From Octopus sinensis (taxonomy: Eukaryota), in the NCBI RefSeq assembly GCF_006345805.1, contig NC_042997.1:186248001-186312000 (forward strand): 64,000 nucleotides of DNA, read 5' to 3'. Positions 39,792 through 54,385 of this stretch are shown piece by piece. Under the pieces are notes generated by a model. That model was not told the DNA's origin. It worked only from the letters and a program-made list of their open reading frames with translations, and ran no database searches. Numbering within the stretch: the stretch's first letter is position 1; each line of letters opens with the position of its first letter. The translations under genes and the position numbers were made by a program.

Positions 39792-40317
39792 GCCCTGATG
39801 CTGTACCAGACAGTGACTCACATGGCTTCTGATCTTAACTGATTGGAAGCGTAATCATGTACATTGTTTTGTCTTGGTATAAAAGATGGGCTACAGCAAA
39901 TATTCTGCTCAACCCTAACCAGTTGAGCATGTCCCTTAGTGGCTGACGATACGTGCATCTCTGATCACGAGCAGAAGTAGTGGGGGAACATCATAGCCAT
40001 GTGTTGAGGGGGATTCTTTCGGGTTTGAATAATTCACCTTTGGGAACATGGATGTTTTGTTCATCATCCTTAAACAATCCTTATTCAGGGACCTTTTGAG
40101 TGGGATGGGCTACTCGACCTGAAGAAAATTACAACTGGGTCTCCATCCGCAAGGTCATGCGCTGTTTATCTTGATATGAGATCACCATGTCGCGCACATA
40201 TGGTTGTGATGCATGTGCCTGGTGTATCCTTACCAGACGGGTAGTCATGATGGGTATGCTGGGCTTCGTATATTTTATCCTAGTGTCACTTTGATGGCAT
40301 GCACTGCTCTCCCACTC
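39792..40317 (+). mobile_element. (AAT)n-targeting element, copy 2 (tandem, ~30-bp internal deletion)
   Basis: Collinear with 39201-39754. Confidence 0.88.
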
Positions 40318-40342
40318 AATAATAATAATAATAATAATTTCA

Positions 40343-40492
40343 GGGTGGTGAGCTTGCAGAATCGTTAGGATGCCGGGCAAAATGCTTAGCGGTACTTCGT
40401 CTGCTGTTACGTTCTGTGTTCAAATTCCACCGAGGTCGACTTTGCCTTTCATCCTTTCGGGGTTGATTAAATAAGTACCAGTTACGCACTGG
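40343..40492 (+). mobile_element. SINE family B, 3'-truncated variant
   Basis: Head and core, with diagnostic substitutions shared with 59700-59805. Confidence 0.85.
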
Positions 40493-40691
40493 TTATTAAA
40501 GGTCGACACAAGGACGAAATACAATTACACGAAAATGTCGATTAAGAAATAAGTCAACAACAAAAATATTAGTATACATTTTAAGGCCAAAAGTCCCCCA
40601 ATAATAAGGGAGACGGCAACCTAAAAAAATTCGTAGAAACTTCCACTAAGAAGCCTTAATTTTTCTAAGTGCCTTAAGTCAAAACACTGTT

Positions 40692-41072
40692 AGCACTCTG
40701 TCGCTTAAGATGACGAGGGTTCCAGTTGATCCGATCAACGGAACAGCATGCTTGTGAAATTAACGTTCAAGTGGCTGAGCACTCCACAGGCAGGTGTACA
40801 CTTAACGTAGTTCTCGGGGATATTCAGCGTGACACAGAGTGTGACAATGCTGGCCCTTTGAATTACAGCCAGAACAGAAACAGAAAGTAAGAGTGAGAGA
40901 AAATTGTGGTGAAAGCGTACAGCAGGGTTCGCCACCATCCCTTGCTGGAGCCTCGTGGAGCTTTAGGTGTTTTCGCACAATAAACACTCACAACACCCGG
41001 TCTGGGAATCGAAACCACGATCCTATGACCGCGAGTCCGCTGCCCTAATCACTGGGCCATTGCGCTTCCACA
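40692..41072 (-). mobile_element. SINE family C, tail type 1
   Basis: Reverse complement of 61466-61825; TSD-like GTCAAAACACT flanks. Confidence 0.88.
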
Positions 41073-41599
41073 TGTCAAAAACACTAAAGAGACAAAAAAA
41101 CAGCAGAATAAACCCCACAGCAAAAACAGAAGACCGAAACATTAACTACAATCCTAAAATATAGGATGATTTCTTAGCGGCAAATATTTATGAGAAGACA
41201 ATGCAACAGCTATAATGAAACTGTATATCCGAGTTGTACTACGTTATGTGATCTTAGTATAAACATGCTTTAATTCATTCGGGAAAAAAGAATGTAATAC
41301 AAGTCAAGTGCCGTTCTTTGACGTATGACTCCAAAGAACGGTAATAGCTGTTAAAACGTTTGTGTATTGAAATGCAACGGATGGAGAACTGCACTTAACA
41401 CTTAACAACCTGTTTAATATATTGAGTTAAAAAGCAAAGTCCTGCACTGATTCTGTTACCTAAGACGAATGGGTGATAGGAGAGATCAAAGTTTTCTCCT
41501 TTGCTAGAGTGTTCCTGACTTCTGTCAAAATGAATGTAAACAAAGTTGGTAAAGATTCTTTTGATATCGTGCGTTTCAGGCAGGACTGGTTGGCTGATG

Positions 41600-42076
41600 C
41601 TTCTTCTTCTTCTCTTCTTCTTCTTCTTCTTCCTATCAGGACTCACGCTATTAACCACAAAGAATAATCTCTAATTCGAGCCTACTCTAAGCTACTAAGA
41701 AAGCGTGTAGCAACTTGAAGATCCACTCACCACACGCGATAGACTGGCGGTTGCACGGGCGCGAAAGCTACGTTGTTATCCTCATTCCGTAAACGGTGGC
41801 GTTTAACGGGTGGAGAGCTGAACCATCCTGGGGTACAGAGGATTCGCAATCTAGACTAAGGTCTGAAAGTTTACCACACCATAGAGGGTTACGCCATGGT
41901 TCCTCTGCTTTGTGGCAGAAGTACGAAGAAAGAGTGAGAGAAAGTTGTGGTGAAAGAGTACAGCGGGGTTCACCACCCCTCCCCCGCCGGGGCCTCGTGG
42001 AGCTTAGGTGTTTTTGTTCAATAAACACTCACAATGCCCGGTCTGGGAATCGAAACCGCGATCTTTGTGCCTCCAC
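41600..42076 (-). mobile_element. SINE family C, tail type 2 with (AAG)n
   Basis: Collinear with 33030-33553; TSD TGGCTGATGC (41591-41600 / 42077-42086). Confidence 0.88.
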
Positions 42077-42977
42077 TGGCTGATGCAATCTTGTGTGGCA
42101 ATATGTCTTACAGGAAGCTAAGGGTTAAACTAATAAGGGTTCACTTTGGTCTCAGCGATGTGCATTCAGCTGTTTGGTTAAAATGAACTGTTTAATCAAT
42201 ACATTAACGAGTAGGTGGTTGAGTATTCCTCTGACATATGTACACTTAACGTAATCTACTGTCAGAATCATCGTGATCTAGTGTGTGACAATGCTGAACC
42301 TTTGAACTACAACAGGCGTCCGTATTGTTTCCGGTTAACCAATTTTACTTACAAGATTTAAATCATCCCGAAGCTTTGGTAAAATGTACTTTCGAATATG
42401 CCACACAGTCAGATCGAACCCGAGGATTCCTGATTACGAAGTAAACTCCTTAACCATTCGGCCGGACAGTATAGTCTTAAGAAAGGTATTGTGTAATGTC
42501 TCAGAGGAAATATGTCACCTGAGATGTATATTTGCGAGAAACGATGTATCCAGACTCTCACATAGGATCTGTACCACTCTCAAGTATAAAGTAAGAATAA
42601 TAGGCTGTGTCAGACTTCACTTATCCTACCTATAATGTTCTAGTTGAAAGAATGCGTTGAATTAGTAGAACCGTATAACGAGAGTAACATTTCTCTTCGC
42701 AGATTCTTCAACTTAGCAAATCCTGCTCAAGAATTTGTAACATACCGTATATTTGCGGAAAGTTTCACAAAGGAGAAGCTGAGAAACTGATCGGCCCCTA
42801 AGAATCAGAATTACGTAAATCGGGAACGGTGGAACCCATGTGCTTCAAGGAAGATGATCATGTATTATTTGTTATTCATTAACATTTCGATAAGACGTAA
42901 ATAATATAGTGGAAAGCTGTTTGTATATAGCCTTTATAGATAAACGAAATTGTAAAGCTGGTGCACATTTTGCTATA

Positions 42978-43228
42978 CAGTAATCCCTCGCCATATCGCG
43001 GTTCACCTATCGTGGTTCGCCTATCGCAGTTCACCTATCGTGGTTTATTATTTAAGCTTACGTCGATTCCTCCGTGGTGTTGTTTTGCATTCATAATAAA
43101 ATAAATATTTACAAGTTATAAAAATAATAAAAAGAATATACAGTACAGTACTGTTTCTACTTCGCAGATAATAACCTATCACGGGTGGGGGTTGGAACAT
43201 AACACCCGCGATAGTCGATGGATTACTG
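42978..43228. mobile_element. Tigger/pogo-like MITE
   Basis: TA|CAGTAATCCCTCGCCATATCGCGG ... CCGCGATAGTCGATGGATTACTG|TA TIRs with TA TSD. Confidence 0.85.
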
Positions 43229-43302
43229 TATAGTGGTTACCATTAGTGGAAGAAATATATTTAAATATCATAAAAACCTATATTCATAATAAGCAGTCTT
43301 AA

Positions 43303-43960
43303 GTCAGCAAGCTGACAGAATCGTTTGCACGCCGGGCGCAATGCTTAGCTGTATTTCGTCTGCCGTGACGTTCAAATTCCGCCGAGGTCAACTTCGCCTT
43401 TCATCCTTTCGGGATCGATAAATTAAGTATCAGTTACGCACCGGGGTCTATGTAATCGACTTAATACCTTTGTCTGTCTTTGTTTGTCCCCTCTATGTTT
43501 AGCCCCTTGTGGGCAATAAAGAAATAAGAATCGTTAGCATGCCGGGCGAAATCTTCAAGAGCATTTCGTCCGTGGTTATGTTGAGTTCAAATTCCACCGA
43601 GGTTGACTTTGCCTTTTATCCTTTCGGGGTCGATCAACTAAGTAACAGTTGAGTACTGGAGTCCAATTTAATCGACTTATTTCTTCTCCCGAAACTGCTG
43701 GCCTTGGGTCAAAATTTGAATCTAATATAATTAGAATTTTAAGTCAACAAGCTGGCAGAATCGTTTGCACGTCGGGCGAAATGTTCAGCAACATTTCATC
43801 CGTCGTTAGGTTTATGAGTTCAAATTCCACCGAGATCGATCTTTTCTTTCACTCTTTCGGAGTCGATAAAATGAACACCATTTGAGTACTAAGGACGACG
43901 TAATCCACTTATCCACTCCCTCGAAATTGCTAAACGTTTGCCAAAAATTAAAACCAATGT
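43303..43960 (+). mobile_element. Three tandem or adjacent SINE family B copies
   Basis: Repeated heads and cores. Confidence 0.8.
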
Positions 43961-44298
43961 AATTACCAGTGTTTTACCATGTTTCAGTATGTTTTCCACG
44001 CCAAAAAATACGTGTAAAGCATTTATCTGTCATCGTACTTTCACTATGTTTGAATTTTATGAAAATACTTACAGATCGCTTAGCTCAGTTGTAATACTTT
44101 CATTATTTTAAATTCTGTAGAGGTCCTTTCGGGGTCGATAAATTAAGTACCAGTTGCGTACTGGGGTTGATCTAATTGACTGCTCCCCCCAACCCACAAA
44201 AACAAATTTCGGGGCTTGTGCCTAGAATAGCAAAGAATACTTTTACTATTTTAATATGTTGCGGAAAAATACAAACAATTTCGTTTAATTAACTGAAT

Positions 44299-44461
44299 AG
44301 GCGCAGGGGTGGCTGTGTGGTAAGTAGCTTGTCTACCAACTGCATGGTTCCGGGTTCAGTCCCACTGCGTGGCACTTTGGGTAAGTGTCTTCTACTATAG
44401 CCTCGGGCCGACCAAAGCCTTGTGAGTGGATTTGGTAGACGGAAACTGAAAGAAGCCGTCG

Positions 44462-44510
<49 letters not shown>

Positions 44511-44733
44511 CGTGTGTGTGTTTGTGTGTCTGTGTTTGTCCCCTAGCATTGCTTGACAACCGATGCTGGTGTGTTTATGTCCCCGTCACTTAGCGGTTCG
44601 GCAAAAGAGACCGATAGAATAAGTACTGGGCTTACAAAAGAATAAGTCCAGGGGTCGAGTTGCTCGATTAAAGACGGTGCTGCAGCATGGCCGCAGTCAA
44701 ATGACTGAAACAAGTAAAAGAGTAAAAGAGAGA
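44299..44733 (+). mobile_element. SINE family A, full-length, close to consensus
   Basis: Complete head, CORE block, microsatellite and GTAAAAGA tail repeats. Confidence 0.92.
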
Positions 44734-44799
44734 GTATTGACAAAGGAAAACAAAAATGTACGCAAGCTTAACTGTTTGCATATAAGTTTTTTCCTTTAT

Positions 44800-44975
44800 T
44801 TATTTGTTTCAGTTATTTGACTGTGGCCAAGCTGGAGCACCGCCTTTAGTCGAAGAAATCAACCCCCGGACCCATTCTTTGTACACCTAGTGCTTATTTT
44901 ATCGGCCTCTTCTTGCCGAACCGCTAAGTTACGGGAACGCAAACATACCAATATTCGTTGTCAAGCAACATACAA

Positions 44976-45024
<49 letters not shown>

Positions 45025-45188
45025 CAAGCTTCTCTCAGTTTCCGTTTACCAAATCCACTCACAAAGCTTTGGTCGGTCCGCGGTTATAGTATAAAAGACA
45101 CTTGCCCAAAGTGCCCCACAGCGGGACTGAATCCGGAACCACGTTGTTGAGAAGCAAGCTTCTTACCACACAGCCACACCTGTGCCTA
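44800..45188 (-). mobile_element. SINE family A (tail-to-tail with 44299-44733)
   Basis: Reverse complement of family A. Confidence 0.85.
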
Positions 45189-45642
45189 AACTGTTCATGA
45201 TTACACACAATTATATATACGTAATTGCATATTATTTTTATCTATGATAAACGGGAGAATTTATGTAAATTTAGGTTAATTTTTGTAATAAACAATAAAA
45301 AGGAACATTTATCTTAATTTATCCTTTTGCAGTAGATATTTGGCCAAGTAATTAACTAAGAGACTGACTATCATACAAGGGGATTTTTTTTTACTTTTCT
45401 CCGGGTTCCTAATCATGAATAATTATTGTACGATGCACTAAGTTAGGACGGACAAAACCCTTATTTTAGTAATAATTATTCTTAGATCAAGTCCAGCTTC
45501 TGACAATGTACATATTCATGAACAGAACATCTGACAACGATTGTCGATTGAACAGATGAAATGTAGTGTAATGGACACACTAACATGAGTTTAAAAGTAC
45601 CGGAAAGATTTTATTAACATAAATTATCTCAGAAGTTTGAAC

Positions 45643-46220
45643 GTGCAGGCATGGCTCTATGCTAAGAAGCTTGCTTTCAACCATATGTTTCCGGATTCAG
45701 TCCCACTGCGTGACACTTTGTGCAAGTGTCTTCTACTTTAGCCTCGGGCCGACCAAAGCCTTGTGAGTGGATTTGGTAGACGGAAACTGAAAGAAGTTCA
45801 AGGCACATATATATATATGTATGTATATATAGATGGATAAATTAGCATATATGTGTATATATATATATATATATACATATATATATCAATGGATATCAAT
45901 TAGCATATATTTTCCTCTTTAACAATTATCGATTACACACGCACACACACACACACACACACACAAGGCAGCGTATATGCACATATATAGATGTAGTGAG
46001 AGGATATCTTTCTGATTGTCCCCCCACTACTGCTTGACAACCGGTGTTCGTTTGTTTATGAATTTATTGTGTTGTAACATGCGGTTCGTGGGGTGAAAAG
46101 AGACCGATAAAATATATGCCAGACTTAGGAAGTACTGGGGTCAATTTGTCCGACTAAACCCTTCAACGGGGTGTCGCGGTATGGCCGCAGTGTAATTACT
46201 GATACAAATAAAGAACAAAA
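45643..46220 (+). mobile_element. SINE family A, degenerate
   Basis: Head/CORE 45643-45797, 3' half 46010-46220. Confidence 0.75.
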
Positions 46221-47236
46221 GGTTAAGCGACCCAGATGTAATCTTAATATGTTGAAATTTTGATCTCCGATCAACAAATTACCAAACTTTAGATTCCAAA
46301 CGCAAAATGTAGGCTCATATGGCTGATTTCCCCTGCGTATATATTCTCCATCTTTAATCTGCTGAGTAGACTGGAGTAACGTGAAACGAAGTGTTTTATT
46401 CAGGAACATAACGCTTTGCCCGGCCCAGGAATCGAAACCACGATCATACAATCATGAGTCCAACTCCCCTAACCTCAAAGCCACGCGGCTCCATACAACA
46501 AACCTATTGCTGTGTATTTCACATTGTTATACTTTCTTCTACGAAACTAAGTTGATTTGTACGATGTGAATTGGTGCTAAGTCATCCGGAAAAATGTTCC
46601 TTAGACAGACGTAAGATCTGTGTGAGAGATTTGTTCTTCATTCACAAAGTTATGCTATTTTCTCTGCCATCTAAGCTAGGACATGTGCAGCGATTGGATC
46701 TTTGTGATGTTTGAAAGAAAGTAGGTTAGCACTAATGATATTAGAAGAAAATAGCCTGTCACTAATATGCTTGCATGTGTATATTTCTAAATATGCGTGT
46801 GTCCTTTTATCTACTGACCCAGCTGTCTATCAATTTGTCCATGCATCGATATATCTATATATTTCTTTCGAAGAATGGGCCAAATCCGATCTGTCTGAAC
46901 TCACTTGTCACGACATACGGTCTTATTTACTTTACAAACTAACGATATTTTTTTACGTCTATGAATTTATTTTGCAAAATTCCTGGTGTGAAATTGTGTG
47001 TTGAAACAGATATTGTTATATTTCGCATTATATATTTGTTCTTCACTTTAGCTTTATCAATGTTTTTTATTTTAGTATCATTTGTCTTAAATCTTTCGTC
47101 ACGTCCTGTAACTTCTTTAGTGATTTCTCCATCTCACGTGTCTCTTCCTGATATGAAATCGTGTGTTGAAGCAGATATTTTTATATTTCGGAATGGCTAT
47201 TTTTATATTTCGGAATGCTTATTTTATTTATTCAAG

Positions 47237-47296
<60 letters not shown>

Positions 47297-47854
47297 GAGT
47301 GAGTGAGAGAGCAGTGCATGCCATCAAAGAGACACTGGGGTAAAATATACGAAGCCCAGAATTCCCATCATGATAACCTGTTTAATAAGGGTACACCGGG
47401 CACATGCATCACAACCATATGTGCGCGACATGGCGATTTCATATCAAGATAAACAGAGCATGACTTTGCAGGTGGGGTCCAGTTAGAATTTTCTTCTGCT
47501 CGAGTAGCCCATCCCGCTCAAAAGGTCCCTGAATAAGGGTTGTTTAAGGATGTTGAACGAACCACCCATACTTTCAAAGGTGAATTATCCAAACCGCCAA
47601 GAATTCCTCTCAACACATGGCTATGATGATCCTCCACTACTTCTGCTTGTGATCAGAGATGCACATATCGTCAGCCACTAAGGGACATAGTCAACTGGTT
47701 AAGGTCAAACAATTGACAAGCAAATTTGTGGTATTGAGTAGAATATTTGCTGTAGCCCATCTTTTATACCAAGACAAAACAATGTACATGATAACACTTC
47801 CAATCATTTAAAATCAGCAGCCATGAGAGCCACTGCCTGGTACTACATCAGGGC
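47297..47854 (-). mobile_element. (AAT)n-targeting element, copy 3
   Basis: Reverse complement of 39201-39754, flanked by (ATT)n. Confidence 0.88.
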
Positions 47855-47912
<58 letters not shown>

Positions 47913-47933
47913 TTATTATTATTATCATCATCA

Positions 47934-48013
<80 letters not shown>

Positions 48014-48014
48014 G

Positions 48015-48140
48015 TTTGCTAAATAAATACCCGCACTATATATACGTTCTTCACTTCAGCTTTGTTATCGAACAGTTATAAGCACAATAACAATTCTGAA
48101 GTGAAGAACGAATATATAGTGCGGGTATCTATTTGGCAAA
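48015..48140. repeat. Hairpin/MITE-like inverted repeat (45-bp arms)
   Basis: 48015-48059 pairs with 48096-48140. Confidence 0.8.
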
Positions 48141-48313
48141 AAAGGGGGGAAATGCAGATAACTAATTAAAATGACGTTTATGAATTTTTTATTCAAGATT
48201 CCTGATGTGAAATCGTGTGTTGAAACAGATATTGTTATATTTCGGGATGGTCAGCTTCTTTTTTTTTTTTCGAAATGTTTACCAAAAACATTAAAAAAAT
48301 GACCATTGCGAAA

Positions 48314-48826
48314 TCTATATATATAAAACTGTAGTTGTGTGAGTGTCTGTCCCCTTCGATTTAGATTCCTAACTACTCCCACATTTTGCGGTGCAGTTTA
48401 ACCAAATTCGGGTATCTTATAGTCGTGATTCATATCGAGCCCGTCTGAGTATTAGCGTGTGTCTACGATAGGTCTACGATTTTAAAAATAATTTAACATC
48501 ATTTTTTATTCCATTTTAATGCATAATTTTTCGTGTGTCGATGGCGGCGGAGTTGGCGTCCATGGTCACACCTGCACCTGTTTGCTTCTCCCCCTTCTTC
48601 CTTCCCTCGTGAAGCTGTGGGGAAGGGAGTATAAGGAAATCAACGTCGTAAAGCGTTGTCAAGGAGACCAGCATTCTTTTAGAACAACGACTTCATGGCT
48701 AGAAGACACCAAAACAGAAATGGCTAAGAAAGCCCGAATTGGCATCTATAAGGGAAGTAACTCTCTAAAAATGCTTATATAGTTATTTCCCTTACAAACC
48801 CGAGCAACGCCGGGCGATACTGCTAG
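48314..48826 (+). mobile_element. Non-autonomous Helitron (513 bp)
   Basis: 5' TC(TATATATATAAAA); 3' hairpin CCCGAGCAACGCCGGG at 48799-48814, then CTAG; inserted between A and T with no TSD. Confidence 0.88.
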
Positions 48827-48949
48827 TATAACAATAATTTAGATGAGCAAAGGATAAATGTCATTGTGGTAGCTATAGAAGAGGCAAAGAGAAACAAAGT
48901 CCAACAGACACCTATGATCTAGGATGTTGTCGTGCATAGAGGATTACCA

Positions 48950-49527
48950 AGTGGTAAGTAGCTTGCTCACCAACCACATGGTTCCGGGTTCATTCACACT
49001 GCGTGGCACCATGGGTAAGTGTCTTCTACTATAACCTCGGGCCGACCAAAGCCTTTTGAGTGGATTTGGTACATGGAAACTGAAAGAAGCCTGTCGTATA
49101 TATGTATATGTATATAAATATATATATATGGGAGATTTCACGAAAAAAAACAAAAGACGAAGACAGGTGGTGTAGAAAACAAACAGATGTATTAGTATAA
49201 CGCTCAGAAATAGAAAAAGTCTTTTACGTTTCGCGCCTACGCTCTTCTAAAGAAAGGGACACAGAAAAAGAACAAGGAGAGAAAAAAATGTGTGCAGTGG
49301 CTACCGATGTGTGTGTATGTTTGTATGTCTGTTTGTCCTCCCAACATCGCTTGACAACCGATGCTGGTGTGTTTACGTCCCATAACTTAGCGATACGGTA
49401 AAAATGACCGATAGAATAAGTACTAGGCTTACAAAGAATAAGTCCTGGGGTCGATTTGCTCGACTAAAGGCAGTGCTGCAGCATGGCCGCAGTCAAATGA
49501 CTGAAACAAGTAAAAGAGAGAAAGAGA
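48950..49527 (+). mobile_element. SINE family A interrupted in its (TA)n by a hammerhead-like element
   Basis: 5' half 48950-49100, 3' half 49310-49527. Confidence 0.85.
49130..49308 (-). mobile_element. (TA)n-inserted Penelope-like non-autonomous element with a degenerate hammerhead motif (49221-49256)
   Basis: Collinear with 54993-55118; minus strand cuuu CUUUAGA a GAGC-guag-GCGC GAAA CGU A aaag. Confidence 0.65.
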
Positions 49528-50019
49528 GATAGCCTCCAAATATTTGAGAAAAACCTCAAAGTTAGACTTTCTTGAAAGCTCTGTACAGAGTTAACTACGA
49601 AACAAAGTTGATGTATTTTATAATTTTAAAGAGGGATCGTTGTCATTGATAAATCAGTTTCGGCCATTTTGCCACAGTGACGTTTTAATAAAAGATCATC
49701 TGAGATAGAGGCGTCTAGTTTTTGACACGACTTTATATTGTGTTCTGATCGTAATTAAAGTCATTAAAGAACCATATTGTTTCTTCTTACATGTGTTTCT
49801 AGACGAAGTGTTTGTGATGCTAAAATTAATTAGTTTGACTTTAGAAGTAAAAATTTATGCCACTTGTTAATTAAATCAAATGCATTCAGTATGTCAGACG
49901 GATAAATTAATTAGCCACTCAATTAAATGTCATTATGTTGTGCAACAAAATGATTCACATAGTTTCTATAATGATCTATTACAAAAGTACATTTGTATTA
50001 AAATGATGACGATGATCCT

Positions 50020-50400
50020 TTATACTATAGGCACGTGGCCTGAAATTTTTGGGGAGGGAGTATAGTCGATTACATTGACCCCGGTACTTGACTAGTATAT
50101 ATTTTATCGGCATCGAAAGAGTGAAAAGCAAAATCGGCCTCGGTGGAATTTGAACACAGAACGTAAAGACGGTCGAAATACCTATTTCTTTACTGCCCAA
50201 AAGGGGCTACACACAGAGGGGACAAACAAGGACAGACAAACGGATTAAGTCGATTATATCGACCCCAGTGCGTAACTAGTACTTATTTAATCGACCCCGA
50301 AAGGATGAAGGGCAAAGTTGACCTCGGCAGAATTTGAACTCAGAACGTAAAGACGGACGGAATACCGCTAAGCGTTTTCTTCAGCGCGCTAATGATTCTG
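50020..50400 (-). mobile_element. SINE family B dimer (a further degenerate copy at 50600-50790)
   Basis: Two cores, one head. Confidence 0.82.
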
Positions 50401-50892
50401 TCACAACAACGCCTTGATAATAATGATAAGAAGAAGAAGAAGAAGAAAGAAGAAGAAGAAGAAGAAGAAGAAGAAGAAGAAGAAGAAGAAGAAGAAGAAG
50501 AAGAAGAAGAAGAAGAAGAAGAAGAAGAAGAAGAAGAAGAAAGAAGAAGAAGAAGAAGAAGAAGAAGAAGAAGAAGAAGAATAGTAATAATAATAACCAA
50601 GATTTCAAATTTTGGCACAAAGCCAGCTATTGTAGAGAAGAAGATAAGTCGATTACATTGACTTCAGTACTCAACTGGTACATATTTTATCGACGCTGAA
50701 AGGATGGAAGGCAAAGTCGACCTCGGCAGAATCTGAACTCAGAATGTAAATTCAGAAGAAACAGTACTAAACATTTTGTTCTTCGTGAAAATAATAATGA
50801 CGATGACAACGACGACGATAATGATGATGAATCAATCTTTATATTCGCTGTAACGACACAAGATACTGAGAACAGTACAATAAAGAAATATA

Positions 50893-51197
50893 GTGGAGGC
50901 ACATGGCCTAGTGGTTAGAGCAGCGTACTCGCGGTTGAGGGATCGATGTTTCGAATCTCTGACCGGGCGATGTGTGTGGTTATGAGCAAAACACCTAAGC
51001 TCCACGCGGCTCCGGCAGAAGGTAATGGCGAACTTCTGCTGACTCTTTCGCCACAACTTTCTCTCACTCTTTCCTCCTGCATCTTGCAGCTCACCTGCGA
51101 CGGACCGGCGTCCCGTCCAGGTGGGGAACCTATACGCCAAAGAAACCGGGAAACCGGCACTTATGAGCCAGGCGTGGCTCGAGAAGGAACAAACAAT
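50893..51197 (+). mobile_element. SINE family C head with tail type 3 (resembles V-SINE-type 3' region)
   Basis: GTGGAGGCACATGG head and shared CCACAACTTTCTCTCACTCTT block, then CCTGCGACGGACCGGCGTCCCGTCCAGG...GAAACCGGGAAACCGG. Confidence 0.8.
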
Positions 51198-52122
51198 ATT
51201 GAAATATAAACGCGCGTCAGTGGGAGTTTACAGTAGAAAGATGTTAACAAAAACAAATGTTATAGAAATATATCAACAACAAAACCACGCATCAAGATAA
51301 AGAAAACCTTTCCGTATAAGAGGAATAGAGCATCGAGAATATTTCGAGGAAAACACCCACGCAAAGATCCAATGTACTCTGCTAGATCCAAGGCATCAAA
51401 AATACCCTCTCTCTTTTTCCTCACCAGTGTTGCCGCTCTCATCCATCAGTAATTTTAGGGCGATGATGCTAATCGATTAAAGCAACTGGTACACGATTTT
51501 ATCGACCTCTGAAGGATAAAAGGCAAAGCTGACCTCGGCCTTTCACAGAAACTGAGATATATGTTACATGAGAACAAAAATTCAATTGCTTCCGTGCAAG
51601 GTCAAACCAGCAGTACAGAGCCTCACAGACTAACTATGCATTTACAAGAAAATGTTTAAACTAAAAACATTAAAAGTAGTAAACATGCTTAATTATTTTA
51701 TATTGAGACATTTACAAAAACAAAATTTAATCAAGGAATATTCCCAAATAAGTTCAACTCTTCAAATGAACAAAGCGTAACAAATGGAAATGAATAACGA
51801 CACCATTTCACCATGCTTTCCACCAAGCTTCTAACAGTTAACCTGATTACAAACCAAAATTACGAAGTTTATCACACCGAATTAAACTAGTTTAATGGTT
51901 CCATGCCCAGAAAGTAAAACCATGTAAATGTAGGAATTTGAAACATGTTTTATTGTGTATCGAAGTCACGAAGTGCTAATAACAGTTTTGAAAAAGGGAG
52001 AAGCAAATAGTAGACACTCAAAGGAATTAGCTATGGCAAAGTATGGGGAATAAAATATGTAAATTATATATTGGTTAATTAAATAGAGAGACGGACAGTC
52101 TGATAGATAGATAGGTAGATAT

Positions 52123-52191
<69 letters not shown>

Positions 52192-52270
52192 CAGACAGAT
52201 AGACAGACAGATAGATAGAAAGACAGATAGACAAACAGAGAGAGAGATAGAGAGACAGACAGACAGACAA

Positions 52271-52341
<71 letters not shown>

Positions 52342-52443
52342 TGTTTCTTTATTAGCCACACAGGGCTGCACACAGACAGGACAAAGATAGATAGATAGAT
52401 AGACAGACAACAGATAGATGGATAGACAGACAGACAGACAGAC

Positions 52444-52509
<66 letters not shown>

Positions 52510-52614
52510 TTAGATAGGTCGCAGGTTGTCCTCTAAACTGAACCTATAATCTATTTGCAATCGGGGAATCGCATTGTTCCTGTTTATGAATCTGCCATTG
52601 ACGTTGATGATGCC

Positions 52615-53910
<1,296 letters not shown>

Positions 53911-53965
53911 TGATAATATTTGCATACCTTTCTGCACGATGAGTGCAAGGAGTGAAGGTATATGT

Positions 53966-54010
<45 letters not shown>

Positions 54011-54354
54011 AAGTATGTGTGTATGTGTGTATGTATGTATGTGTGTATGTGTGTGTATCTAGGTATATGTGTATGTATGTATGTGTGTATGTATGGATGT
54101 ATGGATGTATTTATGTATGTGCGTATGTATGTATGCATGTATGTATGTATGTATGTATGTATGTATGTATGTATGTATGTATGTATGTATGTATGTATGT
54201 GTGTATGTATGTATATCTGTATCTATGTATGTGTGTATGTATTTATGTATGTATGTATGTATGTATGTATGTATGTATGTATGTATGTATGTATGTGTGT
54301 ATGTATGTATATCTGTATCTATGTATGTGTGTATGTATTTATGTATGTATGTAC

Positions 54355-54385
<31 letters not shown>

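Noticed and set aside
51260-51442. 60-aa non-repetitive ORF (similarly 19786-20034 and 42384-42635)
   Set aside because: No recognisable motif or convincing splice signals; the length is expected by chance
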